DNA of 64,000 nucleotides from NCBI GenBank assembly GCA_963822965.1, contig CAWGJT010000010.1, positions 32,001-96,000 of the forward strand, read 5' to 3'. The position numbers and the translations under genes are program-made. Every line of letters begins with the position of its first letter. Position 1 is the first letter of the stretch. The notes beneath the pieces were generated by a model, which worked only from the letters and a program-made list of their open reading frames with translations, had not been told where the DNA came from and did not search any database. Source of the DNA: an uncultured delta proteobacterium (GTDB lineage: Bacteria; Myxococcota_A; UBA9160; UBA4427). Of this stretch, positions 8,436 through 18,141 are shown one piece after another.

Positions 8436-9598
8436 CCGGCCAGCGCCCGGCGCAGGGGCTCGCCCACGATCTCGACCTCGCCCTCGTGGCGGGCGAGCAG
8501 GTGCCGCGCGATCTCCACCTCCACCTCGCGCCGGTGGACCGCCGCGTAGCCGTTGGGAATCTCGGGCGCGCCCGGGTAGCTGCCCTCGGCGTGCTCGAAG
8601 AGATCGATGCCGGCGACGATCAGGCGCCGGGGGCGAAGCAGCAGGGCGGTCGCCAGCATGGACATGCCGTTGGTCGGCCGCGCGGGCCAGCGGCGCTCGT
8701 CCAGCACATCGGAGACGCGCCCGAGACAGAAGTGCTCGATGCGCGGCCGGCGGCGCAGTACGTGGCGGTCGAGGACCGTCCCCTCGTCGTCGCTGGTGCG
8801 GAACCCGAAGACGCAGTCGCGAACGAGGCGGATCGTCTTCGACTCCCCCAGGAAGACCATGTCGGGGCGGTCGAAGACACCCCGCTCGAGCCAGCGGTAG
8901 TTCACGCGGAAGAGGGCGTCGAAGGTCACCTGCTCGAGCCGGGGGTCCTCGCACGAGGGGCCGTTTCCCAGGCACAGGATCGTCTCGGGATGCCCGAGGC
9001 GCGCGCCCAGGCCGAGGAGGTCGAATCGCCGGGTGCGGAGGCGACGCGCGGCCCGCCCGGCTGCCGTGGCCAGGAAGCGCGCCTCGAGCGCCCGGCGGGT
9101 CGTCAGCCGGCGGCGTCCCGGGCGGAGCTCGATCCCGGCCGTCACCCGCTCGTACACCGCTTCCGGCTCGCGCAGGTCGCTCTCGCGGAGCCGCAGGACC
9201 GAGCGCCCGCGAGCCTCCAGGCGTCGCGTCAGGGTCGAGCCGGGGCCCGGGCCGGCCCCGAGCACGATGAGCAGCCGGGGCTTGAGGTTCGCCAGGAATC
9301 GCGCGGGGCAGCCGCCGCCGGGAAAGGGGAGGGGCAGGGCCGCCTCGGGCCCGTGGCGGCCGCGCAGCCAGTCCCGTGTGGCGCGCAAATGCGAGGTGAA
9401 GCGGGGCAGGTTGCGCGGATAGTCGGCCGCGCAGCGCTCCAGCAGCGGCTCCACGAGCCGGAAGAGCCGGGGGTCGTCGCCGTGCACCCAGAGGGTGCTG
9501 TCGGCCGAGCGGGGCAGCCGGCCCAGTCGCTGCCGGAGGTCCTCGGGCAGGCGGTGGGCCTGCTGGAGCCGCAGCAAAGTCCTGGCGATCACGGTCAA
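8432..9598 (-). CDS. Putative CMP-sugar (Kdo/sialyl) transferase: degenerate WaaA-like N-domain + GT42/CstII-like domain
   Basis: N-term LWVHG...LPLP..ARFLANLKPRLLIVL resembles the WaaA N-domain. C-term ILCLGNGPS...LFRVN and PTNGMSMLATA...AGIDLF resemble CstII-type motifs. Confidence 0.6.
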   Translation of the reverse strand: MTVIARTLLRLQQAHRLPEDLRQRLGRLPRSADSTLWVHGDDPRLFRLVEPLLERCAADYPRNLPRFTSHLRATRDWLRGRHGPEAALPLPFPGGGCPARFLANLKPRLLIVLGAGPGPGSTLTRRLEARGRSVLRLRESDLREPEAVYERVTAGIELRPGRRRLTTRRALEARFLATAAGRAARRLRTRRFDLLGLGARLGHPETILCLGNGPSCEDPRLEQVTFDALFRVNYRWLERGVFDRPDMVFLGESKTIRLVRDCVFGFRTSDDEGTVLDRHVLRRRPRIEHFCLGRVSDVLDERRWPARPTNGMSMLATALLLRPRRLIVAGIDLFEHAEGSYPGAPEIPNGYAAVHRREVEVEIARHLLARHEGEVEIVGEPLRRALAG

Positions 9599-9749
9599 TC
9601 GGCACCCCGTCCTCGGCCCGAGGGTGGGGAGGATGGGGAAGGAAGCGCCATCCGGCCAGCTCTCGACCCGCGAAGCGCCCCGCGCGAGAGATGCCCGGTA
9701 TGTCGATGCGTCCTACACCCGGTAGGATCCGGATGGGGAGGTACGGGCA

Positions 9750-10367
9750 ATGAGGTACCGACAGAACCGTCGTGAGTCGTACGGTCGAACGTCGGTGGTG
9801 CGCGGGTGGCTCGTGCTCCTCGTCGTGGGGACGGTGGCCATCGCGGCAGAGGCCCGGGCCGAGGACGGGTTTGTATACGCCGGCAAGCCCGTTCACCCGG
9901 GCTGTGTCCACGCGCTGGCCATGAACCAGGGCGACAGCATGCCCGTGACGACGGCGGTGAGCCTCGAGGGCTGCGCCAACAGCGATCGCTCGAAGAGCGA
10001 GGTGCACCGCGACGACGATCTGCTCGTGATCGAGGACGGCGCGCTGCTGGGCGGCGGCTCCTTCGGCTACCGGGTGCTCAACCGGCTGGACAACGGCATC
10101 TACGGCCTCGCTATCCGCCGGGTGCTTCCCGACGGCAAGGAGCGGGTGAGCCTCGCCGCCGTGCAGATGGTCGCCCGCGCCATGATCCTCGACGGACGCA
10201 TCGTCAACCTGATGCAGCTCGAGCTGCTGGGAGAGCTCTGGGTTCCCGACATGCAGCTCACGAGCTTCCGGAGCGCGGGCAACTCCGTCCACTTCGTCTC
10301 CGGGGTCGGCCCCGACCGGGTCGAACGCGACGTCGACTTGACCCGGCTCGGCAAGAAACGGAAGTAG
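9750..10367 (+). CDS. Hypothetical secreted protein
   Basis: GGGGAGG RBS; signal-peptide-like LVLLVVGTVAIAAEARA; typical codon usage; two Cys (HPGC, LEGC). Confidence 0.7.
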   Translation: MRYRQNRRESYGRTSVVRGWLVLLVVGTVAIAAEARAEDGFVYAGKPVHPGCVHALAMNQGDSMPVTTAVSLEGCANSDRSKSEVHRDDDLLVIEDGALLGGGSFGYRVLNRLDNGIYGLAIRRVLPDGKERVSLAAVQMVARAMILDGRIVNLMQLELLGELWVPDMQLTSFRSAGNSVHFVSGVGPDRVERDVDLTRLGKKRK

Positions 10368-10400
10368 CCGGGAAGCACGGCTTGCACCGGGGCCTTCAGA

Positions 10401-10514
10401 CGGAACGATCACAAGCGGAACTATCACAAGCGGAACTATCACAAGCGGAACTATCACAAGCGGAACTATCACAAGTAAGTATCACAAGTAAGTATCACAA
10501 GTAAGTATCACAAG
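10401..10514. repeat. AT-rich compound tandem array: 5 x 15 bp (cggaactatcacaag) + 3 x 13 bp (taagtatcacaag)
   Basis: Read directly. Shared core (T/G)ATCACAAG occurs 8 times; the array ends exactly at the AGGAG RBS (10515). Confidence 0.97.
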
Positions 10515-10526
10515 AGGAGCATCGAC

Positions 10527-11721
<1,195 letters not shown>

Positions 11722-11732
<11 letters not shown>

Positions 11733-13428
11733 AGATCTGGAAGTGGCTGCTCCGCGGCTCGACCTGGATGGTCTGCACCGAGACCCGGCCGTCGGGGAAC
11801 ACCGCGCGCACCTCGTGAGATCCCGCGGACAGCCGGAGGTTCGCGATCGGCGTGGGGCCGACCTTCCTGCCGTCGATCTCGAGCTCCGCCCAGGGCACGG
11901 CGTTGAGGTTGACGCCGACGGCCGGTCCGGGCTGGACCACCGGCCGGGCCGGCGGCGATACGCGTGCGGGGGCGGGCTTGGGGGCAGGCTTCGGACGAAC
12001 GGCCGCGGGCTTCGGACGAACGGGTGCCGGCTTGGGGCGTGCCGGCGCGGGCTTGGGAACGGGCGCGGGCTTGGGGCGAACGGGCGCGGGCTTGGGGCGA
12101 ACGGGCGCGGGGGGCACCACCGGAGCCGGCTTCGGGGCGGCCGCAGGCACCGCCGCCACGACCTCGGGTGCAGGGGTGGGCTCTTCGGCCGGCGCGGTCT
12201 CGGGCTCCGCGACGACCGGGGGCGGTGACGCCTGCTCCTGCTCGGCGGCCTCGTCGCGTACGCGTGCGGCGGCTTCGAAGGCGGCATCCAGCATCGGCGG
12301 CACCTGGCGCGCGTAGCGGATGATGTCCGGCGACACGATCACGAGGCCCACGAGGAACGCGGCCGTCGCCGTCCAGCGCAGGGCCCGCTTCGGCCACGAG
12401 GTCCGCCGCGGCGCGGTGCCGTCGGCGTACTGCGGCGGCGGCGTGCGGTCGCTCCGTTTCGGGGCCGGTGCCGGAGCGGGCACCGGAGCGGCAGCGGGCG
12501 CGGCAGGGACGGCAGTCGGTGTCGGTGTCGGTGCCACGGATGCCGGTGCCACGGATGCCGGCCCTACGGGCGCCGGCGCTGCGGGCGCGGGTGCGGACGC
12601 CGATGCGTGCGACGGCGGGGTTCGCGGCTCTGCCAGCTCGAGGGGCGGCTCGTCGGGGGGCACGTCGCGCAGCATCGCCTCGAGCACGGTGTCGAGCTTC
12701 GAGGGGCTCTTCGGCGCGTCGGGTCGAGGGGCAGCGGGTGCGCCGGGCGCGCCGGGCGCGAGCAGTGGCTTCGCCGGAGGGCGCGCGGGCGGCCGCGCGT
12801 CGGGCTTCGATGCCGTCAGCGAGGTGGCGAGCCGCAGCTTCGTGGGCGCCGCCCTGGGCCGGGCGGGCTTTGCGGGCGCCGCAGCGGGCCGGGGCCCTTC
12901 GGAGTCCTCGCCCGGCTGGGACGCCGAGGGGTCCGACGGCTTCGCCTTCAGCTCGATCTTCGAGACGCCGACGCCGAGCCGCGCGCCGAGCTCGTGGGTC
13001 GGGTCTTCGATGGATGTGGAGTCGCGATCGACCAGCAGTACCAGCCGGTGCGCGTCGAGCAGGTTGGCGATGGTGTGCAGCGAGCGCAGCGAGGCCTTGG
13101 GGATCGCGAGCGCGTCCGGCAGCAGCAGGACCATCCGCGCCTTGGGCGACTCCGGATCCCGGGCCCGCGGCTTCGCGGCCTTGCCGTCCGACCCGTTCTG
13201 GCGGGCGGCGGTGATGGCCGCGGCTACGCAGTCGGCCACGCTGTCCTGCTGGCCGGCGATGCGCACGCTGACGGCGTCGAAGTCGCCCCGGAGCGCGTCG
13301 GTGAGCATCTGCGGCAGCTGGCGGATGATCTCGCGATCGGCGATCACGACGATGTCCGCGCGACCGAACGCCACCGCGCGGCACGCCTCTTCCACCAGCC
13401 GCTGGACGGCCTCGGCGCGAGCGTTCAT
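11722..13428 (-). CDS. Pro/Ala-rich single-pass membrane protein with C-terminal PEGA-like domain and possible degenerate ExeA-like N-terminus
   Basis: TM segment ALRWTATAAFLVGLVIV; PKPAPVR repeats; C-term NLNAVPWAELEIDGRKVGPTPIANLRLSAGSHEVR. Confidence 0.75.
11960..12110 (-). repeat. In-frame ~21-bp repeats encoding PKPAP(V)R
   Basis: Repeated gggcttggggcgaacgggcgc-like units; boundaries approximate. Confidence 0.8.
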
Positions 13429-13874
13429 CGGCGCTTCCCCGCGTCCGGAGCGTCGCGCAGCTTGCGGAACAGGCGCACGACGCGCGGCGAGGCGTTGCTC
13501 TCGTCCAGCGACAGCAGTGGCCAGGCATAGACGGCGCGCTCCATGCTGCCGAGCGCACCGGCGTCGTCACCCAGCGCCACCTGGGCGGTGCACACGGACA
13601 CCTCCATCCGACCGCGCGCCTCCTGCGACTTGGGGCCGCGCGGAACCTCGTCGGCCCACCGGCGCGTCGCTTCGGCGACCTCGATGGCCTTCTCGAAGTG
13701 CGCGCCGTTGGCCAGGGCCTCGACCTCGGCGACGGCCTGCTCGAGCTGCGCCAGATCGTGCGGACGCGCCCGCCCGCCCGCGTCGTCCGCCCAGGCAGGG
13801 CGCATGGCGACGACCGCGAACACGCAGAGCAACGTCGTAACGAGCCGGGTCTTCTGGGACCGCCGGCCGAGCAT
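13425..13874 (-). CDS. Small secreted helical (TPR-like) hypothetical protein
   Basis: GGAGG RBS and ATG at 13874; signal peptide ..LLCVFAVVAMRPAWA; ATGA overlap with the PEGA gene. Confidence 0.7.
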   Translation of the reverse strand: MLGRRSQKTRLVTTLLCVFAVVAMRPAWADDAGGRARPHDLAQLEQAVAEVEALANGAHFEKAIEVAEATRRWADEVPRGPKSQEARGRMEVSVCTAQVALGDDAGALGSMERAVYAWPLLSLDESNASPRVVRLFRKLRDAPDAGKRR

Positions 13875-14058
13875 CGGACCTCCTCGAGCAGGGGCTGCGG
13901 GTCGGGCAGCCCCCCTCCGTATCGCCCGACCGGCCCGCGGACTTGGCATCCAGCCCCCGAATTCGAAGCGCTTTTGCGGGCTGTGACGGCGGCGGAAGAA
14001 TCGCGTGGAGCTGCAGGGCCGCAGCTTCTTTCGAACCGGCCGGGCTCCTCGTGTTAAG

Positions 14059-16368
14059 ATGGCCGGCGAGATGCCCGTCCCGGATCGAGCCCGGACCGAC
14101 GACGCGCGCGCGTGGTGGATTGGCCTGCTCCGCCTCGCGATGGCTGCGCTCCTGGTTGCCGCTGCCTTGCCGGCGGGCGCCGACACCTTCACCGTCAGCA
14201 GCCTGGTGCCCGACGGGGAAGGGGGCGTCCTCCAGGCCTTCGCGGCCGCGAACCTCAATCCCGGTCCGGACACGATCATCTTCGCGATCGGCTCCCAGAC
14301 GATCCCGATGACGAGCCAGCTCTTCGTCGGCGAGCCCACCACCATCCGCGCGGAGGGCGGCACGCCGGTGCTGGACGGGTCGAACGCCGCCTCGACCGAC
14401 CGGGGCCTCCTCCTCACCGGCAGCTCCATCCGGGTGACCGGGCTCGCGATCCGGAACTTCCCGAACGTCGCCATCGAGGTCCGGGGCTCGGACGTCACCA
14501 TCGAGAGCTGCATCCTCAGCGGCTCGCAGTTCGGCGTGCTGGTCAGCGGAGTCGCCGCAGCGCGGAACGTCCAGATCGGTGGTCTTCCGGACAAGGGCAA
14601 CTTCATCTACGGAAACACGTTCGGGATCTCCACCGAGCCCGGCGCCGAGCAGATCGGAATCACCTACAACGTCGTCGGGATCGACGAGCAGGGCGTCGTG
14701 TCGCCGAACACCGTGGGCATCGCGCTGGGGGGCGACTCGAGCGCCATCGCCACGAACGTGGTCTCCGGGAACACCCTGTACGGCATCTCGGTGGCCGGCG
14801 CCGGCGCCATCGTCTCCGACAACAACATCGGCCTCACCCGGGACGAGATGTCCGCCGCTCCCAACGGAACCGGCATCCTCGTCACGGGGGACGAAGCGTT
14901 CATCGCGCCCTTCGTGCTCGACCGGGACGGGCCCAACGTGATCTCGGGCAACACCGGAGACGGCATCGTGCTCGGCGCCTCCCGCGCGATCGTCCTGGGC
15001 AACCGCATCGGAGTCCATCGGACCCTGCCCCTCGCCTTCCCGAACGGAGGCGACGGCATCCGGATCGAGGGCCCGTCCAACCAGATCGGGGTCGAGGCGG
15101 GCCAGGGCAACACGATCGGCGCCAACGGGGGCGTCGGAATCCGCATCCAGGGGCCGCTGGCGACCCAGAATTCGCTGCGGAGCAACGTGATCGGGGGGGC
15201 CTTCCCGAACGGGGGGAGCGGCATCCGGATCGAAGCCCCGGCCAATCGCGTCGGGACCGACCCCATGGAGCCCCCCGGCGCCAACACCATCGGCGCCAAC
15301 GGGCTCGACGGCATCGAGATCGTCGGTCCCGACGCGTTCGGCAACCTCATCGACGGAAACCTCGTCGAGAACAACCCCGCCAGCGGCATCCACATCGTGG
15401 ACGCCTCGGACAACCTCGTCGGCTCGACGATCCCGAACGAGATTCGGGGCAATGCCCTGAACGGCGTCGACGTGGACGCCCAGTCCGAGATCGCGGATCG
15501 GAACACCATCCGCCGGAACCGCATCACCCAGAACGACGGCTTCGGGATCGCGCTCTTCGGAACGGCCCAGGCCAGCATCGACGCGCCGACCACCGAGCTC
15601 GTGGACAAGGGAAGCAACGGCGTGACCGGCACCGCGCTTCCCGACGCCACCGTGGACCTCTATTCCGACCCCGACGACGAGGGCGCGTTCTACATCGGCT
15701 CGGCCACCGCCGACGGGACGGGGAGCTATTCGAGCGCCGGCTCCCTCGCGCTGTGGGCGGGCTCCTTCGTGAACGCCACGCAGACCGACGTCGACGGGAA
15801 CACGTCGGAGTTCAGCGTCCCGCTGCCGATCCCCACCGGCCGGGTCTCGGTCCTCCCGATGGTGGGAGACACCCTGTGCCTGAACCACCTGGACGCCGAC
15901 CAGGTGGTTCCCCCGGGCGCCAGCGACGCGATCGGGACGGCGACGTTCGCCGTCGAGACCGTGGGCGAAGCCGTGCTCCTGCGCATCGATCACACGGTCC
16001 AGAGCCCGACGGCGGCCGAGATCCGCCTGGGCGCGCCGGGCGAGAACGGCCCGGTGGTGCTGGACCTCGGTGCCCCCGAGAGCCCGGTGATCGCGGTCCT
16101 CCAGGGCATCGACTTCCGCACCTTCACTGGGGGAGACCACTACCTGCTCATCTCGAGCTCGGACGCGCCGGCGGGCGAGATCCGCGGGCCCGTCCTGTGT
16201 CCCGAGCCTGCGCCCGCCGTGCAGGCCCTGGCCGCGCTCCTGGGCCTCCTGGGCCTGCGCGTCCGCTGCTCGTCCTCCTCCCGGACACCCCGGCGAGCTC
16301 GGCTCTCGCGGCCTCTTCGCTCGGCTCTCCCACTCTCTCGGCTTTATCGGCGGGGGGCGGTGGGGTAG
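14059..16368 (+). CDS. Parallel beta-helix repeat surface protein with CHRD-like domain and PEP-CTERM-like tail (start could be 14071)
   Basis: Repeated NVISGN..GI / NTIGANG..GI turns; CHRD-like LDADQVVPP..GTATF..PAGEIRGP; CPEPAPAVQALAALLGLLGLRVR. Confidence 0.8.
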   Translation: MAGEMPVPDRARTDDARAWWIGLLRLAMAALLVAAALPAGADTFTVSSLVPDGEGGVLQAFAAANLNPGPDTIIFAIGSQTIPMTSQLFVGEPTTIRAEGGTPVLDGSNAASTDRGLLLTGSSIRVTGLAIRNFPNVAIEVRGSDVTIESCILSGSQFGVLVSGVAAARNVQIGGLPDKGNFIYGNTFGISTEPGAEQIGITYNVVGIDEQGVVSPNTVGIALGGDSSAIATNVVSGNTLYGISVAGAGAIVSDNNIGLTRDEMSAAPNGTGILVTGDEAFIAPFVLDRDGPNVISGNTGDGIVLGASRAIVLGNRIGVHRTLPLAFPNGGDGIRIEGPSNQIGVEAGQGNTIGANGGVGIRIQGPLATQNSLRSNVIGGAFPNGGSGIRIEAPANRVGTDPMEPPGANTIGANGLDGIEIVGPDAFGNLIDGNLVENNPASGIHIVDASDNLVGSTIPNEIRGNALNGVDVDAQSEIADRNTIRRNRITQNDGFGIALFGTAQASIDAPTTELVDKGSNGVTGTALPDATVDLYSDPDDEGAFYIGSATADGTGSYSSAGSLALWAGSFVNATQTDVDGNTSEFSVPLPIPTGRVSVLPMVGDTLCLNHLDADQVVPPGASDAIGTATFAVETVGEAVLLRIDHTVQSPTAAEIRLGAPGENGPVVLDLGAPESPVIAVLQGIDFRTFTGGDHYLLISSSDAPAGEIRGPVLCPEPAPAVQALAALLGLLGLRVRCSSSSRTPRRARLSRPLRSALPLSRLYRRGAVG

Positions 16369-16409
16369 CCTGAGGTCTGGCCCAGGGGGCCCGGCCCCCG
16401 CTCCGGTGT

Positions 16410-18137
16410 GTGGGCGATCCGCTGGCGACGTTCAACTACATCAAGGCGATCTGGAACAACGGCTCGGGCGTCGTCTCCGACGCACCGGGCTGGGTCGAGA
16501 ACGCCGTCGAGCGCGTGCTTCCCGTCTGGATGTCCGCTCACCAGCGCGAGCTCGTGGGCGTGCACCACGACCCCGAGAGCGGTCTGCACCTGGCCATCTT
16601 CGTGAGCCCGGGGGCGTCCGGCAGCGAGTGCCTGCTGGAGGACGCGGCCGACGGCAGCTTCGTCCACGTGGTGGCAAGCGATCGCGACGACCCTCCGAGC
16701 CCGGCCTTCGACGACGCGCGGGCGCTCTTCGAGTCGGTCTATGGCGCACCCCTGTCCGACGCGGCGGTTCGGCAGCAGCGAAACTTCATGCTCCTCGACT
16801 TCCCGTACCACCGGGACCTGGCGACGGATCTCTTCGTCAGCAAGGACCGGGTCGAGCCTCTCGCCGAGCGCTCGGCCCCGCCCGCCGGGCTCGTCGGATC
16901 GACCGGCAGCTCCACGGCGTTCGCCGTCGAAGCCGCCGACGACTCCCTCTCGCTCGGCTCCCTGCTCGGCCCTCGCGCACCGCAGTCGCAGCCGAAGCCT
17001 GCGGACGGGCTGCCCTTCGACCAGGGCCTCTCCTACCAGGAGGTGCTCGCGAGGCTCGGGAACGCGGTCCAGGGGAACGCGCTGGAGAGAGCCCGCGCCG
17101 CCGAGGTCGAGCACCCGCCGGCACCCAGCGCCGACGACCGATCGGTCGCGCCCGACCTCGTGGCCGAGCTGGTGGGCGAGACGCAGCCCTTCGATCTCGC
17201 TGCCTTCCAGCCCGCCCGCGCCCGCAGGCGCTCCGCCGCGGCGAGGGATGCCTGGTCGCCCCTCTACGCCGCCACGGGCTACGCGGTGCTGCTGCTCCTG
17301 GTGCTGGGCATCCTGGTGGTGGCGCTGCGCCTGCCGGTAGCCCCGGTGGACGAGAGCCCGCTGCCGGTGGCAGTCGAAGCGAACCCGGCGTCTGCGGCCG
17401 CCGAGGCGATGCCGGAGCCGGTAGTGGTCGAGGTGATGCCCGATCCGGTGGCGGCCCAGGCGCCCGCGCCCACCGCGATCGCCGAAGCCCGTGACGGAGC
17501 CCGCGAGCTCCTCGTGTCGCCCGTCGCGGTCGAGCCCGAGCCCTCGTCCGAGACCGCCGCGCGAAAGCCCTCGGTCGAGGTGGCAGTGCTCGTTCCGCCC
17601 CCCGTCGCCGCCGAGCCCGAGGTCGCGCGCGAGGTCGCCTTGCCCGATGCGCGCCTCTCTGCCGTCGCCGCAAGCCCGGCGGTCGCCGCAAGCCCGGCGG
17701 TCGCCGCAAGCCCCGCGGTCGCCGAGAGCCCCGCGGTCGCCGAGAGCCAGGTCGTCGTGGAAGAGCCCCCGGCAGCAGCTCCCCGGGAAACAACGTCGAG
17801 CGGGGTTGCCGCGTCGGCAGCCGTCGCCGCCCTGCCGCGCGTGTCCAGCGGTGTGGCCTCCGTCGAGGCCGACTCCACCGCCACCACCGCGATCGCAGCC
17901 GGTGACGTCGGAACCGAGACGGAGAGCGCGGGGATCGAGAGCCGGCAGACGCAGCCCACGGCGATCCAGACGGGCCCGGGTGAGCAGGCCCGGCAAGAAC
18001 CGCAGGCCCAGCAACGAGACCAACAGGTCCAGCAAGAAGCCCAGCAGCAAGAACCGCAGCAGCAAGAAGCCCAGCAAGAAGAGAGACGTGAGCGCGCGCG
18101 CAAGCGGCTGATGCGCCAGCTCCAGCGCTACCGCTAG
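16410..18137 (+). CDS. Hypothetical membrane protein with unknown N-terminal domain and Ala/Pro/Gln-rich tail
   Basis: 575-aa ORF; TM segment YAVLLLLVLGILVVAL; AVAASP repeats; Gln-rich C-terminus. Confidence 0.65.
   Translation: MGDPLATFNYIKAIWNNGSGVVSDAPGWVENAVERVLPVWMSAHQRELVGVHHDPESGLHLAIFVSPGASGSECLLEDAADGSFVHVVASDRDDPPSPAFDDARALFESVYGAPLSDAAVRQQRNFMLLDFPYHRDLATDLFVSKDRVEPLAERSAPPAGLVGSTGSSTAFAVEAADDSLSLGSLLGPRAPQSQPKPADGLPFDQGLSYQEVLARLGNAVQGNALERARAAEVEHPPAPSADDRSVAPDLVAELVGETQPFDLAAFQPARARRRSAAARDAWSPLYAATGYAVLLLLVLGILVVALRLPVAPVDESPLPVAVEANPASAAAEAMPEPVVVEVMPDPVAAQAPAPTAIAEARDGARELLVSPVAVEPEPSSETAARKPSVEVAVLVPPPVAAEPEVAREVALPDARLSAVAASPAVAASPAVAASPAVAESPAVAESQVVVEEPPAAAPRETTSSGVAASAAVAALPRVSSGVASVEADSTATTAIAAGDVGTETESAGIESRQTQPTAIQTGPGEQARQEPQAQQRDQQVQQEAQQQEPQQQEAQQEERRERARKRLMRQLQRYR
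17660..17750 (+). repeat. 5 x 18-bp in-frame repeat, AVA(A/E)SP
   Basis: gcggtcgccgcaagcccg and gcggtcgccgagagcccc units. Confidence 0.85.
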
Positions 18138-18141
18138 CCCT

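Noticed and set aside
7683..10472. 929-aa ORF beginning with VIVPL repeats
   Set aside because: The N-terminus is just the translated tandem array. Only 7683-8435 encodes a recognisable protein, and the rest overlaps other genes.
10401..10514. oriC DnaA-box cluster / 13-mer unwinding element, or mini-CRISPR
   Set aside because: TATCACAAG does not match TTATCCACA, there is no dnaA/dnaN context, and the linkers are invariant 4-6 bp rather than spacers.
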